A stretch of 64,000 nt of DNA. Source: Phyllobates terribilis. Taxonomy: Eukaryota. Within the stretch, counting starts at the first letter, position 1; each line of letters starts with the position of its first letter. The notes under the pieces are model-generated. The model was not told the DNA's origin, searched no databases, and saw only the letters and a program-made list of their open reading frames with translations. The position numbers were made by a program, and so were the translations under genes. Positions 1 through 25,228 of the stretch are shown here, piece by piece. The stretch spans positions 386,074,001 to 386,138,000 of the forward strand of contig NW_027362769.1 of NCBI RefSeq assembly GCF_046119375.1, given 5' to 3'.

Positions 1-47
1 GCTCTTTATTCTCCAGAACGGTGAGGGCCCAAGTAGTCGGAAACTCA

Positions 48-1650
48 TAAAGAGTTTGTCCCTTTTTAGCCATTTCTGGGGGTTTTGGCCCACAGGCTCA
101 GTGCAAAAAAATGAACTTTACATATGTGGCGCCCCTGAGGGTTCAGTCGCCACAGGGGTACTGCACCTCAGAACGAGGTGTGGTATCTCCTTTCCGAGGT
201 AAGGAAGGAGCACCTCTCAGGGCTCAGCCATCCATCCAACATTACACCTCTCCCACCTGAGGGGGGCCTTTATGCACCAGGGTGTTGCCCCAGCCGGGAT
301 AAGAGGAGATGGGGGGGAACCAAAAGATAGGGGGAACCATGTAGTGGGTGAGGGTGGAGGACGCACTTTAGGTTACACCACAAAATTCATATTTAATAAA
401 AGGCCATCTTGGGCTCATGGTCTTTGATTGTGATCTTCATCACTGAACGTGGCGTTCTGTGTGAACCTGCAGCTGATTGAGGATACACGATCCTCGTGCT
501 CTGGCCTTGAGGCGAGGAGCGGGCTAGAGTTAACGGCTGTCTCTACCCGGTCAAGGTCCCTACCTAAGAAGGCCTGGAGGGGAGCGGAGGAGTAAAGCTC
601 CACAGGCAAAAGGATCCCAGGGGGATGCAGACGGAGTGGCATACGCCACCTGTCCTCACTATTCTGGCCTAGTCAGAGGGATTCCTGCTACAAAAGGGGT
701 ACCGGCCCCCGATATCTGGCTTTGCTACTTTATGTCCTAGTCAGAAAAGTCCAGAGGCTTGGAGGATCCCACTGGGTAACGGACGGAGCGGAGTCGCCAC
801 CCGTACCCTTGTTCTGTGTATAGCCAGAGGGAGACCCAGCCTTGTAACACGCACCACATACGGACAGCAGAGGACCTAGTGGGAAAGTCTAGGAACACTC
901 TGGTGCAGGGGGTCCTGATTGATGCACCCGAACTACCCGGAGTGTGCTGAACCCCTTCCTGGTGGCCGCAGCGCACCGTGAGGAGCAAGGAGAAGCCTTG
1001 CAGCTGACACCTAACAACGTAAGTAAAGCTTGGAAGACTGCAACCATTGCCTCCGGTCCCTTATTTCAGTGCAACACCACACCGCACCACCCACAACGAC
1101 CCCCCTGATCCGTCTTCTCTGCCCTGAGGCCCTGCTCCGCCTGTGGGGAGTAGTACCATCTTCTGCTTCAACTACATACCGCCTCAGAGGACTGCCGCAG
1201 AGCTGGTGGCGAATCACTAGACTCCACAGGTGGCGTAGTCATTATATCCACTCGATTACCACCGTCCCTCCTAGCTCTTATTTTTGATTGTGACAACCCT
1301 GGCCACGGACCGGGCCTAGGCCACGACTGCAACCCCCAACATCTGACCCGGTTCCGAGTACCTCCCCATCTCCATCTCTCAGGGTGGGCTAGCGAGTAGC
1401 GAAGTAGGCGTCACACATACCTCACTGAATCCAGTGCTGACTGGATCTGACTGGCTGCAGCAATGACATCATGTTGACTGCACTGCAGCCAATCACTGAG
1501 CTCAGCGGTTCATACTGTCTACATTGGCTAAGCTCAGCGATTGGCTGAAATGCCGATAATGTGACACTGGACCCGGGGAGGGAGAAGAAGACTCAGTTTG
1601 ACATTTTTACATATCACCGAGTCTGTGGGTAAAAAAGGCTGAAAGCAGCC
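48..1650. mobile_element. T2/Kolobok-type MITE remnant interrupted by the solo LTR
   Basis: 48-124 and 1416-1650 resemble the two halves of the MITE at 14483-14840 (cagccaatcactga/gctcag internal inverted repeats), at the equivalent position next to exon 3. Confidence 0.5.
125..1415 (+). mobile_element. Solo LTR (family a, Gypsy/ERV-type), 1291 bp, in intron 3 of copy A
   Basis: Termini TGTGGCGCC...GGCGTCACA; 4-bp target-site duplication CATA (121-124 and 1416-1419). Shares blocks with 23716-25001 and 39773-40965 in reverse orientation. No gag/pol. Confidence 0.85.
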
Positions 1651-1663
1651 ATCTTGGGTGTCA

Positions 1664-5158
<3,495 letters not shown>

Positions 5159-5188
5159 GGCTGCTGTGGACTGCCAGAGCAGAGTGGA

Positions 5189-5257
5189 TTATATACTGAG
5201 GCGGATCCCTCTCCTTCCCTCCCATGGGCTGCGCCCAAGTGTCATGGTGACTCAGCA
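5189..5257 (-). promoter_or_regulatory. Copy A proximal promoter: TATA box and antioxidant response element
   Basis: TATATAA on the minus strand at 5195-5189. GTGACTCAGCA at 5247-5257 is a perfect RTGACnnnGCA ARE with an embedded AP-1 site. Confidence 0.7.
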
Positions 5258-5520
5258 CTGCACAGAAGGTGGCGTCTAGAATGAAGTGGCTTCTGCGAGG
5301 GATGACGTGGGGAGCAGGGCCTCCTCCATCCAGGCCAGAGCTGACACCAGGAAGCCGCCTGGAGTTGTGGCTGCCGGTGATGGGATGAGGCTCGTGGAGA
5401 GATTAAACTCTAAGAGGACTGAGGTGCTGCATAATGGAGCCATGGCCTTTTCATACGTAGGACTAAGACTAAGTGATCTGATGTGGTGTTTTGGGGGCAC
5501 GGAATAAGTGGATGTTCCTA

Positions 5521-5685
5521 CATAGAATCATAGAATGTTAGAGTTGGAAGGGACCTCCAGGGTCATGGTGTTCAACCCCCTGCTCAATGCAGGATTCACT
5601 AAACCGTCTCAGACAGATGTCTGTCCAGCCTCTGTTTGAAGACTTCCATTGATGGAGAACTCACCACCTCTCGGGGCAGTATGTT
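5521..5685 (-). mobile_element. CR1 LINE 3' end fragment
   Basis: catagaatcatagaat is the reverse complement of the CR1 (ATTCTRTG)n tail, followed by gttggaagggacctc...ttcaaccccctgctc typical of CR1 3' ends. Confidence 0.8.
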
Positions 5686-5689
5686 GCAG

Positions 5690-6540
5690 GGTTGCACAGG
5701 GAAGGAGCTGCTGCAACTCGTATGGGGCTTCATATTGGAGGGCTGAACAGAGAAGGGGGTGATGTTACTCGCATGGGGCAGCGTGGGAAAAAGAGTAACA
5801 TTATGTGTGCGGGGCTGTGCGCTGGGGGGCTCATGTTACATGTGTGGGGGACGGGGTATTGTTATGCATGGAGGGCTGCGTAGGGAAAGGTTAAGGTTAC
5901 TTGCTTGGGACTGTGTGCTGGGGAGGGCTGCGTGCTGGGGTCTGCGTGGGGAACGGGGTTCTGTACATGGGGCTGCCTGATGGAGGGCTGCGTGGGAAAG
6001 GGGATAATGTTACTCACATGAGCTGCTTGGGGTAGGGGGTGATGTTACTTTGCTACTTGCGTGGGGGATATTATGCATATGGGGATACATAGGAAAGGGG
6101 TGACATAACTCATAAGAGGCTGCGAGTTGGGGGACTGCGTGGGGAAGGGGGTTATGTTACTTGTGGGGAGATATGAGTATGGGGCTGCGTGGGAAACGGG
6201 GTGATGTTACTCGTGAGAGGCTGTGAGTTGGGCGGCTGTGTGGGGAAAAGAGTGATGTTACTTACATGGAGCTGCACAGGAAAGTGTGTGATCTCACTTG
6301 CATTGGGCTACATGTGGAGAGGGTGCAGTGAAGGGGGTGTTGTTACTTGCATGGGGCTGCGTGCTGGGGGTGGGATTGATTTTATGCGTGGGGCTGCGCA
6401 GGAAAGTGTGTGGTGCCCCTGGTGTTGGACTGTATGTGAGGGGTGCGCAGGGAAGGGGTGATGTTACGTGCATGGCACTGCTTGTGGGGAGTGGGGCTGA
6501 ACAGGAAAGGGGGAAGGGGGTGATGTTGAAGGTTCGGAAG
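5690..6540. repeat. Degenerate G-rich minisatellite
   Basis: Recurrent ggggtgatgttact / ggggctgcgtgg motifs. Confidence 0.6.
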
Positions 6541-7730
6541 GGAAGAATTGATATTTACTGAGACCCTCTGCCTTAAGGTGAGGAGTGAGTCCTGTTTTGC
6601 ACATAAAACTGTTTTTCTCATTAATAGTATTGGGGGACACTGGACCGCAGGTTTACGCCCGGCTCCTGGGAGGCTCGAAACTACTAAAAAAAAAATTGTG
6701 TTGGCTCCACATGATGGGCTGTATCCTCTCCTCAGACATTATTCCGCTTAATGTCATCCTAGTGTCCATAGGAGTCGGCCACGGCTTGTACCAGCTCTTC
6801 TGCATGATTTGGTTTTCTCTTTTTTTTCTGTTTCATTCTATATTGTGGATTTCCTCCATCTTTTTTTCACCATCCCGCGCCCTCCACAGTAGTCACCTCC
6901 CTGCAGATTTCATTTCATCCCTGGTCATCTCTCCACCAAGCTGAGGCTGGTGACCCCACAATCCATGTGTGGCCACTGAAGGGGTGACACTGCGGGCGTC
7001 CGATGATGTCAGATAGATGAGAATACCCCCCCCCCCCCTCCCTTCTCATCATTTCTTTTGGCTTGCAAGGGTCTGTCCTCTGGGGGTCTCCCACCTTTTT
7101 ATTTCCTTTTGGGCAAATCTTTTCCCCCTTTCTCGTCTTCTGCTTTACAGCCCTTTTCTGTACTTTCTTGACGCTTCTCTCTGGATTTTTTCTGGGGCTC
7201 TGGCGTTTTTTGCGTTATACATGTTATGGCGCCCACCCGGGTCCTCCTCACTCTGACCAGCGGCCTCTTTTTTTCAGCCTCTGGTCAACCTCCACTGGTG
7301 TCTCCTCTCCACAGGGGCCAAGTTGAGGCTTTTCTCGCAACTAGTTCGCAAATTTTGTTCCGCCTATGGCACGATACCACTCCGACCTCCCCACCAGCTC
7401 GAGGGCAGTGGGGGAGGTGGGTGACAATGGATTGGAGAGTGGGATTTTTCTCCCCTCAAGCAGTTTTCACAATGTTTATTTGAGGAGAGGTTTATTTTCC
7501 TGGGTTTTCTTTCCTGGGCTCCAGTCCTTGTTTGCACCCTGGCTGCCCCTTTTCTCCTGTCCTCGTTCTCTTCCTTTCCTCATCAATCATCAAGACAGAA
7601 GAACCAGGTGCTTTCTGTCTCCATTGTCATTTGAGGACACAGTAGCCTCGTTTCACAGCTCCTGCTCTGGGTGGCACGCGCACCTGGACAACATCTCCCT
7701 GACCCTGGTATATCTCAGCGCTACAAGATC

Positions 7731-8067
7731 AAATATGCAAATTGTCTCTTCAGAGAGGAAGAGGACTAGAACTCTAGCGCCACCTATCGGAAGAAGCGAT
7801 CCTAAAAGTCAATATCAACCCTTTACCGAGCCTTGCAATATGACGTTGGATAAAAGCCAATCCAGAATCTCAATTTGCAGATACGGTGTTTCAGGATATT
7901 GCCCCTTATCAGTGCAAAGTATGAGATCTGATTTGGCTAGGTGAAAGGCTCTGGACTGGGGTCTAAGTGGTAATGTTTCTCCTTGAGGAGACTGACAAGC
8001 CAAGCCTGCAAGAGGTGGCACTAGAGTTCTAGTCCGCTTCCTCTCTGAAGAGACAATTTGCATATTT
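7731..8067. mobile_element. Inverted-repeat non-autonomous element (MITE-like)
   Basis: About 54-bp inverted repeat: aaatatgcaaattgtctcttcagagaggaag...gcgccacct (7731-7784) versus aggtggcac...gagacaatttgcatattt (8013-8067). Confidence 0.7.
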
Positions 8068-8519
8068 AATTTCCCAGAGGAGCACGCACAGCTTATAAGT
8101 CTCTTCACTCTGACATGCTGAGCTACAAGGTTGAATGCCCTCTAGTGGCAGGGCATATATTCACGCTCTTATATCCTAAAATGTATTCACAAAAAAAGTA
8201 ATTTTATTGCAAATACAGAAATCCAATTTTTCAACAATTTTTACAACTAAAGCTCTGCGGACTCGGGTACAAAAGGGTTTTTGTTTTCATTGTCATTAAT
8301 CTCCAACGTGGCCTAATTCTACACATTGTTATACATTTGTCTGTATAAATATATCTATATATTTCTCCTTTTTGTTATAATTACTTATATATTTATTTTA
8401 ATAAAACTGTTTCAGAACTGTGGGATGAGTTTTCATTTCTTAGCTTGGAGTGACATTAGTGAAAAGTAACTGAAGGTGAGTAGAATGTTTTTTGGGGGTT
8501 TTATTAATGCGGAGGTAGA

Positions 8520-9335
8520 ACTCTGATTTAGTCATCTCTGTAGTGAGACAGCTAGAATGGAGTTGCTGTATGGAGGACGTACTTATAGACAGTACAGTGT
8601 GCACAGAAATGAACCTCCATGCAGCAACTCCGATTTATTTATCTATGTAGTGAGACAGCTAGAATGGAGTTGCTGTATGGAGGACGTACTTATAGACAGT
8701 ACAGTGTGCACAGAAATGAACCTCCATGCAGCAACTCCGATTTATTTATCTATGTAGTGAGACAGCTAGAATGGAGTTGCTGTATGGAGCGTGCCTTATA
8801 GACAGTACAGTGTGCACAGAAATGATGAACCTCCATGCAGCAACTCCGATTTAGTAATCTCTGTAGTGAGACAGCTAGAATGGAGTTGCTGTATGGAGCA
8901 TGCCTTATAGACAGTACTGTGTGCACAGAAATCATGAACCTCCATGCAGCAACTCCGATTTAGTAATCTCTGTAGTGAGACAGCTAGAATGGAGTTGCTG
9001 TATGGAGCATGCCTTATAGACAGTACTGTGTGCACAGAAATCATGAACCTCCATGCAGCAACTCCGATTTAGTAATCTCTGTAGTGAGACAGCTAGAATG
9101 GAGTTGCTGTATGGAGGACGTACTTATAGACAGTGCTGGGTGCACATAAATCATGAACCTCCATGCTGCAATTCCGACCTAGTCATCTCTGTAGCGAGAC
9201 AGCTACAATGGAGTTGCTGTATGGAGCATGCCTTATAGACAGTGCTGTGTGCACAAAAATCATTACCCTTCATGTAGCAACTCCGAGCTAGTCATCTCTG
9301 TAGCGAGACAGCTAGAATGGAGTTGCTGTATGGAG
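8520..9335. repeat. Tandem array of about 8 hairpin-containing 107-110-bp units
   Basis: tagtgagacagctagaatgg recurs at about 8541, 8648, 8755, 8864, 8973, 9082, 9192 and 9301. Each unit has GGAGTTGCTGTATGGAG ... CTCCATGCAGCAACTCC. Confidence 0.9.
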
Positions 9336-10138
9336 GAGTTATGTTCCCCTCAATCATTTTTTTGAAGCCTTTTGGCTCGATGTATCAAGTTTAGAGCAGT
9401 TTCCAGGATGAGTTTTTTGAGCATTTTTTTTTCATGTCACTTCTTTGAAATGAATCCTGAAGAAAACCTCTCCAAACCAGGCACCAAAGGAAACCTCGGC
9501 CGAACATTCCCCAGAAAAGAAACGTAACCTGAAATGGCTACACTATGGGGGCATCATACTGTGTGTAGAGGGCTGGGGGTATCATACTGTATGAATGGGG
9601 GGCTGTAGGGGCATAATACTTTGTGTGGGGATGTAAAACTGTGTAGAGTTGACTGTGGGGCACCATTTTGTGTGGGGGGCCTTTTGGGTATCATATGTGT
9701 GAGGGGACCCAATTGGACATTATACCCTATGTGGAGGGCAGTGGAGGCATCATACTGTGTGTGGTGGGCTGTGGTAGCATCTTACTTTGTGGGGGGCTGT
9801 GATGCCAACTATGTGGAGGGAGCTATGGGAACAATCATACTCTGGGGGGCACTGAAGGGGACCCTCAGGCTTTAGCTTTTAACAAACAGTTCAGTGTTTC
9901 ACAGTAATAGCGCAGAGAACCAGCAGATTTAACGGAACGGGAGTAATAAAAATAGTCTATAGCAGCCAATCAGGTTACAGCTTTCATTTTCCAAAGGCTG
10001 CCTCAGACATGAGAGCTGGATTCTGATTGGTTGCTATGGTCAGAATGCTTTTCCTGTCTCCATGCACTAGTTTTTCTAAAGCAGCCCCGATGTTTCAGTA
10101 TTTCACAGTGTTTTCTCCCCCACATGTCATAAATGACT

Positions 10139-20456
<10,318 letters not shown>

Positions 20457-20512
20457 AGCTGCTGTGGGCTGGATGGAGGGTTGTGCAGGTATACAGCCCC
20501 GAGCGCAGCGGA

Positions 20513-20579
20513 TTATATACTGCAGCATCAGGTCCCTCCCCGCCCCTGGACTGTGGTCAAGTGTCATTGTCACTCAGCG
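20513..20579 (-). promoter_or_regulatory. Copy B proximal promoter: TATA box, GC box, degenerate ARE
   Basis: TATATAA on the minus strand at 20519-20513; CCCGCCCC near 20538-20546. The position homologous to the copy A ARE reads GTCACTCAGCG (20569-20579), so the TGAC core is broken. Confidence 0.6.
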
Positions 20580-21486
20580 CTGCACCCAAGAAGCAACATG
20601 ATCATCAGGAGGCTGAATCGCTCAGGAAAATCAGCCCCTATCCCAAAACCTGTTATGAATGCCCACACCATGTCCACCAGGCAGTCAGGTGATGGTCTAC
20701 AGCCCCTGTCATAACTGAGAATACAACCCAAAAACTAATTCCATTACGGAGATGATGGAACGGCTTTCTGGTTTGTTCATCCGGAGCCTCCTAGTTCACA
20801 GACAGAATGCCAAGACCGCAGTGAGGACTGACACAGAGATAAATATAAAAGCAAGAGGGAGGCGAGCAGGGAAGATTTCTATGATCTATTTCTAGGAATC
20901 CAAGGAAAGCTCAAGAACAACCCTTTTATTCCATCCTCTTTTTCTTTCCTTTCGCATATAACTCTCACCGGTGGATGTTGATTGGTTGAATGTCTGCGGC
21001 AGCCAATCAGCTGCACTCGGCTTGCAGGCGGCCATTGTGAATGTGGCTCAGTATCGGGATCCTTGGCTCTTCCTATGGACAATCCTTGCCCTGAAGGCGC
21101 AGAGAGTCGGATGACATGACCCGGGCGGCCGCCGTGTAATCCCAGTATTGATGTGCGGTTTATAATCTCACTGCACATAATGGGCCGTGTGGTGCAGTAA
21201 TCCCGCGCAGCCGGCGCCTCATACAGGTGACACCACGCACAGACGTCGTCCTAGATAAGACGAAACCGCCACAAAGAACCGACCCACCAGCTCCGACAAT
21301 GCAGGGGGGCACTTAGTGTATCCTACATCTCATGAATGTGTAAAGAGAGCATCACACGAACAAGCAGGGAATGCTGGGAGATTGCAGCTCTGAAGTCTGC
21401 AGAATTGTGAATGCAGCTCTAGAGTATACGACTGAGTTCACATTGGAGTTGTCAATTCTATTTTTCTTTTCAATCATCAGACCATC

Positions 21487-21560
21487 GCCACATCACACTG
21501 CAGAACATCGCCCATCACACTGCAGAACATCGCCCATCACACTGCAGGACATCGCCCCAT
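21487..21560. repeat. 22-bp short tandem (catcacactgcagaacatcgcc), about 3 copies
   Basis: Direct inspection. Confidence 0.8.
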
Positions 21561-22034
21561 CCAGTAGATAGGGGGCTGAACTTACCTAACATCTCTCTCT
21601 ATTCTGGGATCTCCCCATTGTCCCCTCACTGTTTTATAATTTGACATACAGTAGGAGCTCCCCTTTAAATCAATGACTGTACAACTCCCTGCCCAGTCAC
21701 ACATTATACGGCCCATACATGACTGGCACCATATGTGACTATTCACATTGCTGGGGGTGCGCTCTGTAATGTCAGTGTCATCCTACCCAAGAAGAACAGG
21801 AAAGACCATCTGCATTGTGTAAAAAGTTGTCTGGATGACTCTGCTGACAAAAAGAAGAGGGTGAAAGATGTCTGTCCAGATCCCGGGGCGAGCAGTGAAT
21901 TCTCAAGAGAAAGTTGAAAAACTTGGTGGGACAGAGAACCGTCCCTGCCCCGACACCTACTATGTAAGCTGCAGCCCACCCTATGCCTAAAACAGGATGA
22001 GAGCACCATGACATCACTTTCCCCACCAGTTCTG

Positions 22035-22665
22035 CATACAGAGATACTGTACATGATAAGATTCTATCAGCAACCACCACTAGGGGGAGCTCCCTGTATA
22101 CAGAGATACTGTACATGATAAGATTCTATCAGCAACCACCACTAGGGGGAGCTCCCTGTATACAGAGATACTGTACATGATAAGATTCTATCAGCAACCA
22201 CCACTAGGGGGAGTTCCCTGTATACAGAGATACATGATAAGATCCTGTCTGCAGTCACCACTAGGGGGAGCTCCCTGTATACAGAGATGCATGATAAGAT
22301 TCTGTATGCAGCCACCACTAGAGGGAGCTCCCTGTATACAGAGATACATGATAATATTCTGTCTGCAGCCACCACTAGGGGGAGCTCCCTGTATACAGAG
22401 ATACATGATAATATTCTGTCTGCAGCCACCACTAGGGGGAGCTCCCTGTATACAGAGATGCATGATATGATTCTGTATGCAGCCACCACTAGGGGGAGCT
22501 CCCTGTATACAGAGATACATGATAATCTGTCTGCAGCCACCACTAGGGGGAGCTCCCTGTATACAGAGATATATAATAAGATCCTGTCCGTGGCCACCAC
22601 TAGAGGGAGTGCACTGTCAATAATAGCACAGTATGAAGTGGGCTCCCTCTAGTGGTGGCTGCATG
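22035..22665. repeat. About 60-bp tandem array with MITE-derived core ctgcagccaccactagggggagct, about 10 copies
   Basis: Tandem units; same core as 58310-58870. Confidence 0.88.
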
Positions 22666-22674
22666 TAATCAGTA

Positions 22675-23027
22675 TGTAATGGGAAAAGAAAAAAAGCAGC
22701 TCACCTCCATGAAGCAGCTGGGTGTCTCCGGGATCCGTGATCAGCGCTGCTGCTTGCGCTCAGTAGACAGGTAATAGGAAGGACGATGATGATCCAGCTC
22801 CACAGACTCCAATGGTAAAAACAAAAGTCTTTTATTTAGAATTTTTTAAAAAATATCCAGATGGCGATAATGTAACTCCAGCTGGTAGAAGAACAATATT
22901 AGAAGGGAAACACAGGGGCACCAAGGAGGGGTGCGCTACCAGAAATCACGTTTCGAAAAATTCTAAATAAAAGACATTTGTTTTTAGCATTGGAGTCTGT
23001 GGAGCGGGATCATCGTCGTTTCTATTA
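22675..23027. mobile_element. Short Penelope-like inverted-repeat insertion
   Basis: 13-bp direct repeat CATGTAATCAGTA at 22662-22674 and 23028-23040. Imperfect inverted repeat about 22771-22850 versus 22955-23027; contains acgtttcg. Confidence 0.5.
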
Positions 23028-23715
23028 CATGTAATCAGTAAGCTCAGGCTTTTCAGAAGAGCAGGTGCCAATACAACTGTTTATATATCGCCCTCTAGAG
23101 GCAGAAACAAACTACTGCAATCTTCATATCCGCGAATTACTTGTAGTCACACCCTTCTTGATATTGCAAAGGGGGCATGGTAGTCGGGGGTCCGTCTTAT
23201 AGATTTTGCATCAGGTCCCAGGATCTACAGTTATTTCTTTGGATACCATAACAATTGGCTTTTTTATATGATCCGCCTTTAGGTCGTCGGTATCAGATCG
23301 TGATGGTTTGTTCAGTTTGCAGAAAGTCCTTATCGAGGCGTAACCTCCATCAGTAGCTATAAATAAGATTTATGTAGATAACGTAACGCACACATTAAAC
23401 TTGGCCAGTAACCAGGATAAAATATAATAATACTCCAATCACCTCCAGAGCAGCATTTACACTTCTGTTCATTTTTTGCTGAAATGCTTCCAAAGGTTAG
23501 AGACCACAAAGGCTCTGGTTCTCTCCTCTCCTGAATATCTGAATATTTGAATAAAATATGATTAGATCACAAAGTCTCCTCTTCGCTGTCTGCAGCAGGA
23601 GCCTCCCCCCTCAACAGTAAAAGAAAATATTGATAAGCCCCGCCCCTTTGGCCAGAACAAACCAAAGAAAGCTGAGCTAATATAACGTAAGGAACGACAT
23701 TTCCCAGAATGCAAG

Positions 23716-25001
23716 TGACGCGCCCCCTGGGCCTGTGCTGTGCAGGGGGATACCCGGAGCCGGGCCTTCTCTAAGATGCTGGGGGTTGTAGTCTCCGTGT
23801 GGCGGTGACCCGGTCCGTGCCCAGGGCGGTCAAACCAGTGGCAGTCTTAATGTTGTAACAAGTGTCCGACTACGCCACCCGTGGATTGCGGTCAGTGGCG
23901 ACCGCCGCTGCGCTGCCGACCGCTGAGGCTGATGTTGTTTGCGCAGCCGAGTATGGGATAACTCCCCACGGGAGAAGTATTGCCTCAGGGCAGCTAATGT
24001 GGATGCTGGGAGTGATGGTGTGAGCGTCCCAGTACTGAAAGTGCTGGTGCGGCGATGAAACACAGAGACTTGTAATTGCAGTTTCCAAAGCTTTACTCAC
24101 GGTTGTTATTCTGGTCACTTGTGCACATGAGGGACCGCCTGAGCCGTGCTGCATTCACCAGGCAAGGGACTCGAGCAACTCCCAGGCAATTCCAGAGCGT
24201 GGCACAGGGCTCCCTTCCTTTCTCTGGCCGTCCCCACCAGTGACCCACCTTTGTCCAGCTCCCTCGGGCCTTCTCTGGGCACGCTGATCTCTGGGTCCCT
24301 GACCCTATATGGTATGCCTTCCTGGTGGATGTAGTGAGGGGTCGCACCAAGATGTGGTAACAACCTCCGGTCTTTGGCTGAGGAATCTGTTGCCTCCACC
24401 AATTTGGGTTCCGGTACCCTGTTCTGCCAACCCTTCACCCTGTATCTCCTGGGCATATGGGGTTCCTTCTGTCCTCGTGTCTCTGGGCCTTTCTCTGTGT
24501 TCCTTGCTTCCTTTCTCCTCTGTTCCAGTTCCTTTCCTACTTTCCTTTCTGTTCTTTCTTCTCTCTCTCAGGCTCCAGCCTTCTGACAAGGCCTGCCTGC
24601 GGAGCAGAGCCCATGCAGAGGCTCTGCTTCCTGTTTTCTCCTCTCACTCTTACTGAACACTGTCCTAAGATGGTGCCCACCTTATATACCTCCTTCTAAC
24701 ACCCGAGCCCAGGTGACTAGCAACCAATGGGCTCCTACCTATGCCCAGAGACCCCCCCCCATCTGCTCCTACACCACTGGGTGTACTTTCCCCTCCCCAC
24801 TCCAGCCAGGAACAGAAGCTGTCGTGCCTGCACTCTGTCTAGTGGGAGCACCGTTGGTCTGTTCCTCGGAAATGGGGTGTGTGTGGTGCATGCAGCTTAA
24901 CGAGTCCTGGTCCACACTCCATCCTTACCCGGGAGTGGAATACCACACCTCTGGTTTGAGGTGCAATACCCCTGTAGCAGCCGAGCCCTCGGGGTGCTAC
25001 A
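23716..25001 (-). mobile_element. Solo LTR (family a), 1286 bp
   Basis: TGACGCGCCCC ... GGGGTGCTACA; 4-bp TSD CAAG (23712-23715 and 25002-25005). TATA-like GGTATATAAG on the minus strand near 24681-24690. Confidence 0.85.
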
Positions 25002-25228
25002 CAAGCAAACACTGAACACTAAGGGAATACTGAGAGATTTCAGCTCTAAAGCCTGCAGAATTATAATTGCAGCTCCGGAGACTGTAGAAAGAAATGGAGA
25101 TCGACTGGAATTAGAGGAGATCTCTGCTCATCTCTTGTTATTGGAGTAAGGACCTGATCAGGGGACTTCCCCGTGTCCCATCGTAATACAGCATTAGATA
25201 TGGAGCTCCCCTTTAAATCAGTGGCCAT

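Noticed and set aside
6620-7620. Possible decayed L1 ORF1 remnant on the minus strand (EKKMEEIHN..., KRNNV*EEIQP), and ORF 7366-7944 on the plus strand
   Set aside because: Similarity to the RRNNIRIRG motif is too weak without a profile search; the plus-strand ORF runs across a MITE boundary and has no recognisable domain.
24093-25015. ORFs inside the solo LTRs (also 415-1287 and 40116-41188)
   Set aside because: Short, not conserved among the three related LTR copies, and with no gag/pol/env motifs.
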